Assembly: GCF_964355755.1 (NCBI RefSeq)
Contig: NC_092671.1
Location: forward strand, 12,896,001 to 12,960,000
Direction: 5' to 3'
Source of the DNA: Antedon mediterranea
Lineage: Eukaryota; Animalia; Echinodermata
DNA: 64,000 bases
Of the stretch, positions 14,078 to 30,456 are shown piece by piece. The translations under genes and the position numbers were made by a program. Position 1 is the stretch's first letter, and every line of letters starts with the position of its first letter. The notes beneath the pieces were generated by a model, which was not told the DNA's origin, ran no database searches, and saw only the letters and a list, made by a program, of their open reading frames with translations.

Positions 14078-15112
14078 GGCCCCGTTTCTGCTGCCAAAAA
14101 TATACCGTATATATACGGTATATTTTATATACGGTATATTTTTTGGCAGCAGAAATGGGTCTCATAAAAAATATACCGTATATATATGCGGTATATATAC
14201 CGCATAAATATCCCCATCGTTTGTGGATATTATACGGTATATTCCAAAATATACCGTATATTTCGTTCCCCGTTTCTACTGCACTCAAAATATACCGTAT
14301 ATGTGACAAGGCCCATGACAAGAGGTCAAAAACTAACAGAGCGTGAAGCTTTTGTTTGGTTTTTCTGCTGCAATTGTCGTATTCGATTGGGAACTTTTGT
14401 TGTCAACGTAAAAATTCGTTGAGTACTTTTTGTATTCGAATTGTAAATTTGTGCTCAACAGAAAGTCATTCGAATACAAAACGTTGACAACGAAACCTTT
14501 TTCGAAAAACGGAAAAACTGTACTCAGCGGTGAAAGTCTAAATCAAATACGACAATTGACACACACGTGTATAAGCAAGCAACATATCAAATATCACTGT
14601 GGACTGAAGAAATAACTATTTTTGCAATTCAATTGTGGGGAGAAGCGAAGGTTGGAGGGAGACTGCATGGTAACAGAAGAGATACCGCGATTTACAAAAG
14701 TATCTCAAACAAAATAAAAGCAGAATTTGTGGTAGACTTAACGCCAAAGTTATCGGCAAACGCCGTCGTCTTCTTTGCATAAATCTAGTCAATGCCCATT
14801 CCACATTTCTAGATTGTTTGTGCGGTGTAAATTTGTTGCCACTTCTGCTCATTAGATTTAAAATAGAAAGCAATGCTACGACGTTTTGAGAAACCATCAT
14901 TGTTTTGTTTTTGTCATGTAACCTCACTACACGAGACTCTAGGTCAATCCATACTTCCGTCTCACGAAATGCATTTTGGGTAATGAAAGCCAACTTTTTT
15001 ACAGCCCACCCACGAAGTATGTGCAGCGGAAACGGTGCACGAATTTCATATACGGTATATTTATACGGTATATTTATACGGTATATTTGGGATTGGCAGC
15101 AGAAACAGGGCC
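14078..15112. mobile_element. non-autonomous PIF/Harbinger element with Myb/SANT-like remnant
   Basis: 20-bp TIRs ggccccgtttctgctgccaa / ttggcagcagaaacagggcc (1 mismatch), TAA TSD on both sides, and subterminal tataccgtata repeats. The internal ORF 14567-14782 reads WTEEITIFAIQLWGEAKVGGRLHGNRRDTAIYKSISNKI, resembling the trihelix Myb/SANT protein that Harbinger elements encode. Confidence 0.85.
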
Positions 15113-15200
15113 TAAATCCAGCTTTCATTGTCAGAGATTGCCATGTTTTGTTTGATCAAAACAGGTTGGTGTAAAAAATCTCAAATCTATTGCAGAATAA

Positions 15201-17476
<2,276 letters not shown>

Positions 17477-19918
17477 ATTTTTAAATTACGTTTACGAGGA
17501 CATAATTTATTTATTCTAAAAATAAATGAGAAAAATGAATCAATAAAGAATGGAATGCACACAACCTGTTTCAGAAATGTCACTCACTGAAAAGCCTAAA
17601 TGTTACTACACAGGTTATATATTGGGATTCCCATATACTGTAGGCCTTTCAACCCACATTAACCTCTAGACCGAGCACATCAGCAAATAGATCATCATGA
17701 CCCTCCCTCCTGCTGGCTGGGACATGCATGGACTATCTGGGGCCTAGCCTAGAAGGTAGTAGTAGCCTAGTAGCAGGCCTAGCTAGGGTTTATTTGAGTC
17801 AGTTGCAATGATACCTATATTAATACTATTTTACAACAATTATATTACGAATTTTAAATGCCGAGATATGACCAAAAAAAGGAAACATTAGATCATCATT
17901 AGAAGCTTGTTGTAGGCCTAGCTAGCGCACATCGCACACATGTGTAAAGTAAATAAAAATATCACCTGATACTTACCACGCCCTCAGTAGATAGAATACG
18001 ATGATCTTATTGGCTGATGGAATTTGGGAGGAGTCAAAACAAGTCAATCATGAAAGTTCCCTGGAAGACTTAATTTGTCACAATTTTGCTATCAAATCAA
18101 TATTTACATATATTGGATATTTTTAGTATCATGATCAAGGAGCTCCCGATTTGATTTATAATATTTATATGGACATAGAAAGTGTGCAATCTACGCCCAA
18201 CATGTGTAGGCTACACTATTACTATACGCCTACTGCACAAATTAATTGATGAAAATATATAACACTGTACTAATTAATATAATAAAGTTTTTAGTTTAAT
18301 TATTTTCTGAAGGTAGGTTCAAACATAATTAACATAACATGAATTGTATGCTTACAATTTTCACAGCAATAAAGCTGAAAAAGCATTTTTCAGAAACGTA
18401 ATAAGCAGCGGGAAAAGAAAATGAAGCTCAAAAAGTGAACTCATAGTAGGCCTATAAATAGTATCAATATTCCTCTGTTGGGGTCCAAATGTTGAATGCA
18501 AGGAGGTTGTTTATAAATTGTCTAATCAATCAGCAGATGAGACACATGCAAAATTAGCTGTTTATCGTGTCTAGCTTGCTCTTAAATAATAAAACACTTG
18601 TACTCTTATGTTTAGTTCAATTTAATTTATTTAGTACCAGAAATTTTAAAAATATCAGTGTACACGTTTATATATCTATCTTACAGACTGTAATTATCAG
18701 CTCACACCCACTTCAAGTGTTACAATTTTTCCTTTTCCACCTATTTCACAGGCATGATGTTTGTTTATACCCTGCTCTTATACACACCCTGCTCTTACAC
18801 ACACCCTGGTGATAGAAAGGTGTCATAGCTCAATATAACTACCAGGAATCATCGAGTCTTTAATTTACTTAAAGGAACTACTGTATATTTATCAATCACT
18901 TTTATATCCTGTGGTTATAGTTCAGCCACTAAGCTACCTAAATATTTCAACATCACTTATTCCTTGAATGTTCCACTATACAGTATACACTACATTTTAG
19001 ATTTTTTTCTTTTTTTAATAGCAAAATTCTTCCCGATAAAAAAATTTTCATTAGGTGTAACATCCTCATTAGAACTTTTTTGTCAAAATCCTTATCAGAT
19101 AAATCAACTAAGCAGGTGATTAATTACCTGAATCCTATTATACCCCTGTGATTTTATTAGCTCTCTTGTAATTGATTGATTAGGACAAGGTACATTCTTC
19201 AGTATGCAAGGTCAATGGTCAGGCAAAAAGTAGCAAAATTCAGTGATGATCAAAAGGTTTAACGACCTGCCTATCAAATTATATAAACACATGTCACAGT
19301 AGGAGGTTAAGTGACATTTACCTGAAGTAAAAATGAACACATTCTCTAATGGGGCTGTTCACGTAATGTAAATTATTTTTTCATTTAAATCCGATTACTG
19401 TATATAAATGTTTACATTTACACTTATGTTTAAACATAATTAGAATTTCATTCTTTCCAAAATACAATACCATCTATTTTCTAAACAATGTATTTAAATA
19501 ATGGTGTACTACTGGTACCAGCTATTTTATTAGAGGGAGGCCTCTAAAAATCTTCTCAGACAAAATGATCATTATTTACAAATTGGATGCTTAAATAAAT
19601 TATGTCAATTTGATCAGCATTTGATTAAAAAAATATACTGTACCAAATGACTCATTTTTCATAGCAGAATGAATAATAAATAATATACTACAGCATGGTT
19701 GATTTATTTGGTCAATTCAATATAGTCACAACCTACAGTAACTACTGTACAAAACTATTTACCATACAATAGAGTAATAAACCTAACGCAGATTTAGTGT
19801 AATCTTCATGGAAAAAGATCCAAACAAACTTAACATAATTTTCTTCTTCAAGTTATAGACATGGGTCTCATCATACCAAATCAGAAAAACATGTGTTGAC
19901 ACTGTCAATTGGCGAGTT

Positions 19919-22900
19919 TCAATTATCTTCTTTACTGATAACAGATATTAAGGCTTCATCCATCAAATCATCATCAATGGGACAAGGACTTGCTTGATTA
20001 CTGGGAACACTAAGAGCTGCTGGAGACTTCACAGGTAGCATAATTGGAGAAGCAACTTGTCCTAATGGTGATGCAGCCATGATGCCCAGTGGTGATTGCA
20101 CTATCATACTTCTAGGCGAGGTAGACCCTGGGTCTGTTTGTGTATCGCTACATGCATTTGCACGCTGACATTCTTCTGTTGTCTTTTGGCAGTTTTCTGA
20201 TGAAGAAGCATTTGTAGATTCTTGAGGAAAATCAATAAACAGTGGCGAACTTTCAAGTCCATCACTTGGACTCATTTCCTTTCTTCTCTTTACATTTCGA
20301 GACATGTCTTTTATATCTTCAGTGATGTCTTTTGCGGTAACCACGTCCTTGGTTGTTAAAGATTCTTTAGAAGTTTCAGAAGTAGAACTTTTACTTTCAG
20401 GTGTCATTTTTACAGCAACAGGTTTTAGACTGGCAGTTTTTGTGGTGACCCCTACAACAGCTGGACTAGGTATCTTGAATTGAGTAACTGGAGAACTTGT
20501 AGCTCCTCTGCTGACACCATCTTTGAGTTCTACTTTTCCAAAGGCCTTTTGTTGTATTGCTGTTTTTGGCATAGAATCATGAATAGCTTTACTATATGAA
20601 ATTTGTTTCTCAACTGGAGTATCTTTCATGGTTACTTCATTTATTTTGTCTGAACTCTTGCTTAAATCCATAACTTTTGAGTCATGCGTCTTACTGATTG
20701 GATTGACCTTCTTTGTAATTTGCGATTCCGATTTTAATACTGCCGAAGTGTTGGCAGTAACAGTATTTCTAACACTGGTATTTGAGTTGCTACTGGCACT
20801 TTTAACTCCCACCATACTGTTGTTACTACTTGTTCTTACCGATGCCTGCTTCATGCTACCTTCTATGGGTAAATTTTGTCGAATTTGTTGGGGTCTTGAA
20901 GACTGCAGAGACGGAACTTTGTTAGGTGCAACTACATTTTTAGGAGAACCTGCTGTTTTAGGAGCTTTGCTCAAAATATTAGGTTTTCGTGGTAGAGTGG
21001 TTGGCGATCCTGCAACCTTAACCAATGGCTTCATTGGACTAGAGGGACTTTTCTGCAATGGTTTACTAACTTGAAATGGTTTATTGGTAGATTGTATCTT
21101 TTGTTGTACCTTAAGAGAAGTTGGAGTTGACAATTTAGTTGAAGAGATTGGAGATGACAGAGATCTTGGACTTGGGGTTAGTTTGCCTTGTTTTGGGCTT
21201 TGCGTTGAAGGTGGTCTACCAGTTACTGTATAAACTTTAGTGCTGGGGACAGGCTTTGCATTAGGTGCTTTATTGTTACCAGTAAATGTAGAGGATTTTA
21301 TGGGCATTGTTGAAGCAATCTTTTGTTTTTGAGGTTTAGCAGCAGATGGAAGCATGTTAGGTTTTATATCACCTTCAAGTGATTTTGAACTTGGTCCAAT
21401 AGCTTCTGATGTCCTTACATCCTCTGTTAGTTCATCTTCTGGTGACTGTGTCTGAGCTTTCATTTGTAACACTTGAACAATTGAGCTTAATGTCCTACCA
21501 CGAGAAGGGGACTTATTTTTCTTTTGACCTCCGCCACTTGTTGGAGATAAAGGTGTAGTCATTTGTCTTGGTGATGCCGTGTTTGGAGATGATGTATTCA
21601 AAGATGAAATTGATGGAGAAATGGTCAATGGTGGGGGTCGTGATGCTGAAACCTTTTGTTGAGAAACATGTTTGGCTACATTCCCCACTGCGTATGCTTT
21701 AGGGTTACTGGCAGCACCTGATATCTTATTGCCATTGTCTGCACGAGAACCTACAGACATTTTCCCAGGAGGACTTGACAAATTTTTGGCAGATGGTCTC
21801 ACACCTGGTGTGACTGTTTTGCTTGAACCAAACTTCGTTTTTTGAGTAACAATTTTTTTCGTAAGAATTGCCTTATTTGCAGAAGTAGGGCCTTTTTTCA
21901 AAACATTAACTTTTTTCATCATTGATTGCATTTTTTCATTATTTTTCATTGTTATTGGCTGCCCATGTAGTACTTCTCTTGATAATGCTTTCTGCGTTAC
22001 AATTTTTTTGTTTAAATTTGCCGGCTGCTTTCCCAGATTCCTTACTTCAATAGACTTTGAAAATAATTCTGATGGAAGTACTTTTCTTTTCTCTAAATTT
22101 GTTGGAAATTTAACAGGAGATTTTGAACCAAAAACCTCAAAGACATTTCCTCTTTTGTCTGGGTCAATCTTTGGTTGCGGTTGACTAGCACTTAAGTTTC
22201 GAGTTTCTCCTGTTGTAGGATGTATTCTTAATTTTATTTTGGCAGGTTTAACGTTAGTTGGAGATTGGCTAACTTTTTTTGGCTCAACAGGTGACTGTTT
22301 TTTTGGTTCCAGTCCAGTGCGACTAAACTTTATTTTCAAAGAGTCTGAAGAAGCTGTTAATGTAAAACTTCCCTTAGTCTGAGGCTCTTTCTCTTGGTCA
22401 ATTCTTGGTTTCTTTTTACGTTTCTTAGTGTGTTCCAAGGTAGGTATGTTGTTGGTGGTAGCTTCTCTTTTCTTGCCTTTTCTCTTTATTTTCTTTTGTG
22501 GTGGAGATGGTGATGTATCGGATGAACTATCTTCCAGATCCAACTTAAAGTTTTTTGGCTTTCCTTTAGACTTTACATGTGGTTGTTTGACTTGTGTCTT
22601 GTCTGAAACTGATGGAAAAATGTTCTCGTGTAACTCCTTTTTAACAATTCTGTCTGAACTTTGACTTCTATTGATACCCAAAGGTGGCTTTCCACTGCCA
22701 AATAAAGGGTATGATGCATTAAGTTCTTTATTTATCTCACTTTTTCCAAATTGTACAGGTTCATCAAGGAGATTAACATCATCAGGATCAAAATCTGGAA
22801 AATCCTCATTAACATTACTAACTGGTAAGAAATTCCCAACAGAAAATACACTTTCATGTAAACTGTGAGTGTCCAGGAAGTTCTTTGACTGTTCTGGCAA

Positions 22901-25900
22901 CGTGTTCATTGTTGGTTCTCCTATAGTGTTCTTAATTTGAATGTTTTGTAATCCATCAGCTTCCGAGATAAAGCCTTGTTCTTTCCAAGGTATGGGTATA
23001 TTACTAGAAGACCAATGACTTGGACTTTGTACATCAAAGCTTCCCAAGTGTTTTTGCCTCTTTGCTTGTTCTGTAATAGGACCTGGTGATCTCATAATAC
23101 CTGTATCCTGTACTGGCCAAGCTTGACTTGTGTCTATTCCACTCAAACCAGCAGATGTATCAGAGACTGATAGAGACGACATATCTGGTGTAGACATTTG
23201 TCGTTTATAGTTATTTTGAGGTAGGAAGACAGCATCATCAATTTCACCTAGCTGTTTTGGAGATTTACTCTCAGAAGTTGATCTGATCTTGCGCTTTAAT
23301 GTAGGTACTGTTGGCTGTTCTTGCCTTGATACAGGGTGTACTTTCTCAGATGTCACTGGTATAGGGTTGGCATGAGACTTATTAGAACTGCTTCCAGATA
23401 CTGTACAACTTGTAAGTAACTCTGCTAACATTGGATTCTGAGATTTCTTTGACTCATCTGAAGATTTACTTCGTTCTTGAATTGGAGGATTGACATTTTT
23501 GTGTGCAAAGAATGTTGCCACAGATTTACTTAGATCAAATATGATACTATTCGGCATATTCTTTCTAGATGTTCCACTTCCCATCCTTCCAGATGACATG
23601 TAGTTAAGGGTGGTTGAACCACCTTTTGGGGAAACTCCGCCATTGGCACCTTTTCCAGGATTTTGTGGGTGTCCTGATCCAGGTGGCGACATGTCAGGAA
23701 CAACTGAGGAGCTCAATGGTTTCCTGAATTTTTCAATATTAGCAGTTGCAAATTTCATGATAGCTCTCATTGTGACTGGTATTGACATACACCTGTAATA
23801 AAAATATTTGAATAAATATACATATTGACATACACCTGTAATAAAAATATTCAAATATAAATTCTGAAGTGAAATACAATAATATTATAATTTACTCACT
23901 TTCGTAGGACTTTAGTTGCATATTCATTTGTACACAAAGGTTCTTCTCCTTCAGGTGTATGTATTATACACTTAATATTGGCAACCTCTAATATATCCAA
24001 TTCAACTACAAACAAAAAAATATATATAATACTAATACAGTAGTATATTCATAAAATGCAATCTAATTTATTGAGAAAATATAATAATTTAAAATTAAGC
24101 TATAAATAATGTGTAAATAATTCCCAAATCTTACCACATGCCATTCCAATTTTTGCTGGGTGTGCGAATGTTATTGTTAATCTATATTGTGAAATTGTTG
24201 AAACTTCAAATAACATAACATCAGATTCGTCTGAAAAACATATTGAAAGGTAAATTTAATTTAAGTACAACTTAATATTGCCAATATATGTTACTAATAA
24301 TGAGGTAACACAGCAAATGTTTGTTTACAAAAAAACGGTTAATAAAAACATACATGGTTACATTTAAATTTTAAGCGGATTAAACAAAATCTTTTTTTTT
24401 CTACCTTTGCAGGTATCTGTTCTTACACAGCTGGCAACCAGTGTGTTGTAGACGGCTTGTTGACGTAATGCTGTTACTATAGCAATGGCTTGGCTTGTAC
24501 AAGCTACTGGTATTGATGAGACGATCACACCTTTACTTGTCTCCCTATTCGTTTCACCAATAAAATAACAGTGTTGTTCACCAGGTAAAGTCTGTGGGTA
24601 AATTATACATATTTTATAGTTAACAAATTAAATGAATGCAATACAGGCTTATAGAATTTAATGTTAAAATTACAATGATAATAACTAACTTACAGCAATA
24701 ATAATAACGTTATCCATGTTGTAATTGTAAATATTGTATACATTTATATTATTTGATATTTTAAAACAAAATTGAATTAGTGAAAGTCCTATTTTGTACA
24801 TTTTCTTGATTAATATTGTTTTATTATTAGTAATTGCCATAATAATATTGCTGTTGTATATTATAATTTAGTTAAGTAAATTATGATTTAGTTATTTTAG
24901 AAATTTAGTGTAGTTAAATTTTTTTTAAATAGGCCTACATCAATTACAGCCTGTGGCTTCCATTGTATTTTAATTGTTTGGAAATAAAGATACCATGAAC
25001 AAATAGAGCTCAAACATTGTACTGTATATATAAACCAAAGTAGACACTGAATAGGGCTGTCTGAAAGGAAGGGTTCAACTGTTGTTCTATGTTTGGCATT
25101 GCTAGGCCTTTTATGAATTTCTCAAAAAGAACCTCAACCTTCAGTATAATCACATTATCTTTCTTCTTAGCCTTAAAGTACACATTTAAATATTGGGTGC
25201 ATCATACAATTATAGTTTAACCATAACACTAAGTTTCTGTCTATGAATTAAACAATTAGTGTATAATAATATAATTAATTCTTTAATGGCAAAGGTTCAC
25301 AAACTTACAACATAGAATTTATTTTCTATATACGATCTAGTTTCCATTGGTAACCAAGGATCTAGTGCATGTCGACATATCAATGTATTAAGCGGTATTG
25401 CTGATGTCAAACTTATACCATGAACTAAGAAAAAGAAAATTATCATTGGTTACTGTTTTATTCCAATACAAAATTGTGAAATGCTACTTTAATATTGCTT
25501 TATGTTCCAACCTTGTTGAACTTTTCAACATTTTTACCCCTGTATATTAAAACTTCATTAATAGATATTTATTAATACAAAGGCCTAAGTATAGCTGATT
25601 TGCAATGGCAAGAAATGTATACATACTTTGGCTAACTGCAAGACGTTTAATTAGTGTTGCTGATACTGGCATAGGCTTGTTGAGTTTTAACATAAAACAT
25701 ACCGGTATGTTTATACAGTTAGTGTTGTTTAATGGTGCAAAGTTATACAAAGGTCTGAAAATAAAACAAAATTTATTTATTTTATCTAAAGTATAGTTAA
25801 ACTTTCTTGAAGATTCAAGGGGTCAAATCATTGGTATTGATACAACACATTAATATGAATTGGAGAAGGAAATTAATTTTAATGACAGGCCATTAAAAAG

Positions 25901-28900
25901 GCAGGACTCCAATTGTCAACGCGGAAAACAATCATAGATGGTGCGACACTAAAGGTTGATTTTCGAACATGCAATTAACAACCAAGGCTCATGTCGTGCA
26001 TGGTTCCTCAAGGGGAATATAATGAAATTGAATGTCTATATAACAAAATTGCACAGTTGATGGCGTAGGTATAATGGAGCAGTTATTGAATATCATGTGA
26101 CCAACAATCATCCAATAAGGATCAGGTGTATTATAAATGAAAATACTAACCCTTTCTTTCCTTCTGAATGAGTTGCATTATTATATAGGGTACCACTACT
26201 TTGTAACTTCCTGGTATGTGACCCTTCTAAGTTGACACTTAGTGAAATTCCCATATCTTCAGGTAAAGGATCTGAAAAGTTTGTAAAGCTCTGTCTACAC
26301 TATCAAACTAGTTTGTGCCTAAATATGGTAGTGATGTGCCCAAATATAGTAGTGATATGGCGTCATCATGTCCATATATGGGCACATCACATTTTTTTTT
26401 GTCACATAAAGTTTGATAGTGTAGACAGAGCTTAAAAGAAACCATCAATAAACATAAATTGTTAGTTACTTTTCTATTACCACTGGCATAGCATCACTAC
26501 TACTAAGTTGACAGTGAATCAAATATCTTGATCTTGAGACTTTTGAGTCTGTGCCTGTCCTTCCATGAATAAATTATTAAAAATTATAAAACTAGTTTCT
26601 GTAGGATTTGTTTGTTGTTCCGTCTAGGTATACACTCCAACCAGTCAGTGTTTTAACCTACAAACTTTATTTTTGGTTTCCACATGGATAAGGAGAAAAT
26701 ATTTTGACAAAAATAAAGCACAATTTTACCTTTCTTAATACCTTACAGTACAATAACTTTCTACATTGTTATCTGTGAGTTGGATGTTAGTGTTTCTAAA
26801 TCTAAAACTAAAAAATAAGCTTTTGTTTTTATACCTACCGGACATGCTCAAAACAGTACAAGTCTTGTTTTCAACATTTAGCAAATCATAAGGTGACACA
26901 AAGAAAGTCATTCGCAATGGATAACCTAAATATAAAGAAATCACACCAAATGTACAAACAAATCTCATTTAACTAATAATACTATTTATACAGTCAATTC
27001 TCCCAAAAATGCAAAGACCCTTGGGGAAGTCTAAACTTGCTCATACTCACCTCCAATCCTCGGTGTTACAAATCCAGCTAGACCGTTTAATATCAGCACC
27101 AGAACATTTGTAGTACCCAAACTGAAATAACAAAAAATTCAACACAAATTGATTTAAAATGTGTGTATTATTGTAAAGGTAATACCGAATGTTTATAAAC
27201 CTACACAGCATAAAACATACACTACAGGAATTATAAATCTGGAAAGGAAACCAAGAGAGAGGATTCAGGAATTGCTTCTGTGATCAGTGGAAGGAAATAG
27301 AGTTTGGGTGTCAGGTCCACTCTATAATAAATACATGGTATTATTCCACTTACCAACTCATTTCAAACACTGCTTTAATATCATCTTCTAAAGACTGTAG
27401 GCATTTGAATGCATCTCGTTTCATTGCACTAAAACAAATCAAATATGTACTTATATATATTATAGGAAAATCTACACAGTAATAATCAATATGGTTTAAC
27501 AAACGTAAATGAACAGCAAATTTAAAATATATTTCGGCCTATCATCAGCAGAAGCACAACAAATAGCATTATTTTGTAAAACTAGTTTTCACAAATAATA
27601 ACATACATTTCACATGGTAGATGATAAAATCTATTTATTCCTTTAAGATGATCTACAAATCCTTTGAAGTTGCTCTGTCTAAGAGAATCACGCATGGCTG
27701 GACAACTCTATAAAAATCAATGAGAACAAAACAATGTGTTAAAAGAGTTAATATTTCTAATTTACAGTATCTCTCACAACAAATAAACAAAAACTACAAG
27801 CGTGAATGATAATTTGAGTTTTTACTGTCAACCCTCCAGCTTTGTATCGTTGTATCTTAAATATAACTTTTATTTATTAGTGAATAAACTGAAAGTGGAA
27901 AATTAAAAAAAATTTGATGTATTTTTATCATTTATAGTTTTAAATGATATTTTTTTTAAAAGGTAAATATATCTTTAAAGTAAGTACATACTTCAGAATC
28001 ATCTTGTCGAAAGATTTTGACATCCTCTACCAATCCACTGTTTTCAAGCATCACCTCAACATAGAATACATCAGAACTAATAAACACCTCCCTTGGACTG
28101 TGCCCTGTATTAAACTTCATCCTGTAAAAACATATTAATATAATTTTTCCTGTGGAACAGGATTGAAATTCTACTTTATAATTATGATTACAAATTTACG
28201 CAAGGAAGAAAAATCTAATGTGGTAGACAAGGCTGGTTTGAGGGAAATATTGTTTTGATTGTATGGACAGCCACTACTGTACAACAATATAAAACATTAA
28301 CTAATTTATACTATCTCTTAAACAGAACTTAAGGTTAAACAAATTATTATTAAGAAATGCAAGATTAAGCAATATCTGCTTCTTAATTGAATAGGCTTAC
28401 CCTACTTGTCTTGCATGCGACTTTAATCGCTCAACCATGGCTGGTAACGACATTGAACCTGTAGATTAACCAGAGCAGCAACAATATTATAATAAATCAA
28501 GCGCTAAGCAATTGAGTACTTAAATACTTACTGAAGATACAGATAACTAAGTTTTTTTAATATCTATGTTGGTACAGGTATATACCGATTTACAAAATTA
28601 AAGGCTAAGGAAAAAAACAATGCACAAAGCAATTAATTTATTGTAATTGGCATTTTGCAGCATTATTGTTGTACTTAACTTAAACCTAATTACGGTATAT
28701 TATTTTTGTTATAAAAAAAATAAAAATATGATAAATTCAACAGGCAGGTAAGATTGTATTATAACTAACCATACGACTAATAGGCATGAACAAAATAATC
28801 TGCATTTAATGTAATTATGTTTTCACAGCTCTAGTATACAGAATATTAATGAAACATTACAAAGATAAGGTATTTTACAGTCTGTGCTATGTCAGTTTTT

Positions 28901-30456
28901 GGCTGAGTTGGATTGTAGATGCTGGATAAATTCCACCAAGAACTTGGCAGTTGGATATGAGCGTGAGAGATCCCGCAATAACAAACAAAGACCAGACTGT
29001 ATGCAGGATGAACTTAACTATTGAATAGGTAAATAAGAGTTTTTAACCTAAGATGAATATGTTTGTTAGGACATTTTTGACGGCCCTATGGCAGATTGCG
29101 ATAGGCATTTATTTGTTTATTTATTCAGGTACAGTATAAAGACTTACAAAAGCCAGAACAAGTCTGTATTACATCACAAACACAAATCAAAAAAGCAAAA
29201 TATTCACATACATATACATTACAAAAAAAACGTTTATATAAAAATTTCGGTTAAACTTAAATCTGCTATTTACACAAACTTATTTAAACCCACATACTTT
29301 TAATGGCCATCTTCAATTGATTAAGACAGTGTTGTAAACGGTTGGCATCAACTGAACTTGATTCTTCACACTTGGCCTAAAACAATTATTTCAATTATTT
29401 GGATAAACACAAAACAATTGAATACACTTAACAATAACATTGGTGGTTGTGAAATATGCACTTAGTTGCGTAGTTGCTCAGTTGAATGGATGGGTACTGG
29501 ATCTGAAAATCTATGTACCTGCAGCAACACAAATTACTTTTTTATTTTAATTGATCATTAATATAGTTAAGTAAGATTTCTTCTTAACAAAGCAACATGA
29601 AAATGGTAATGCTTAGGTTTTACACAATGACATGGCGTTAGATCTGCTTTAATGATACGTTGTGCAATTTTAAGTGATTCATGACATTGTGTTCTTACCA
29701 TAACTGATCGTATCTTGCGGCTTGTATTTGACCATGTTTTGATTTGCTCGCTGGTTGTTTTCAGCTTTGTCATCAAGTTAGCAAGCAACTCTTCTTGGTT
29801 CCCATTGATACCTGTAATCAGTTTTTGTTCCTTAATTTTAATAAATTACATTGCATTATTCAGCCTATACTACGAGGCCTACATGGCTTAATTACTCTAG
29901 TAGGACTAGTATAAATAATCATAAAATATACAGTACTCAGTAGGTCTCTAGGCCTAGGCCCTAGTATTTTTTAGTAGAAATGCTGTAAAATGTAATCCAT
30001 CCATCTAGGCCTATGCCTACTAGGCCTAGCCTAGCCTAGCTACACTTGCCTAACTAATAAGCCTTACCACCTACCGATGTCTGGTCTGCCTACTACTAGT
30101 ACCAGGCCTAGGTAGTAATAGGCTGGCCTAGGCTAGATAGAGGCCAGGCTGAGAGTAGGCCTAACTAGGTTAGCTAGGCCTAGCTAGGTAGCCTACTAGG
30201 CCTCTAGGCCTACTAGCCTAGCTAGGAGGCCTACCTAGCTAGCTAGGGCCTCTAAAGTAATAAATAATATTTAATAATAAGACAAACCAATTCGTCCTAA
30301 TCAAACAATTTTAATGCATAGAATTTATATATAATACATCTATAACTTATAAACTAATACAATAAATGAATTGAAAGTTTACAAACCATGGGGGGAGGGG
30401 TCTCCTTTATTGTTTATGTCTGCAAAATGCAGATGCTCTCCGACAGCCGCAGCCAT
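19919..30456 (-). CDS. MED1: Mediator of RNA polymerase II transcription subunit 1 (copy A), 16 coding exons, about 1803 aa
   Basis: Exons 30456-30387, 29811-29699, 29376-29298, 28458-28401, 28121-27992, 27707-27607, 27428-27354, 27121-27051, 26925-26839, 26271-26151, 25754-25627, 25424-25309, 24591-24405, 24230-24135, 24005-23900, 23792-19919 sum to 5412 nt in frame. Motifs SDVFYVEV, CMSIPVTMRAI, NR box NPMLAELL (LxxLL), a long S/P/K-rich disordered tail and C-terminal IDDDLMDEAL. Confidence 0.95.
26287..26432. mobile_element. 146-bp MITE (PIF/Harbinger-like), copy 1
   Basis: Perfect TIRs agctctgtctacactatcaaact / agtttgatagtgtagacagagct with TAA TSD on both sides. A related copy in opposite orientation lies at 55058-55207. 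Confidence 0.85.
29870..30255. repeat. low-complexity tract of TAGGCCTA/TAGCCTA/TAGCTA words in MED1-A intron 1
   Basis: Dense overlapping taggccta, tagccta, taggcta and tagcta words directly visible. Similar tracts occur at 17740-17930, 43985-44147 and 44550-44645. Confidence 0.8.

Noticed and set aside
20628-23798. Plus-strand ORFs antisense to the MED1 last exon
   Set aside because: These are shadow frames of a long coding exon, with no recognisable motifs.
23793-23854. N-terminus of the 1311-aa ORF (MNIFITGVCQYV...) as a real start
   Set aside because: It is intron sequence. The ORF is the last MED1 exon, entered by splicing at 23792.
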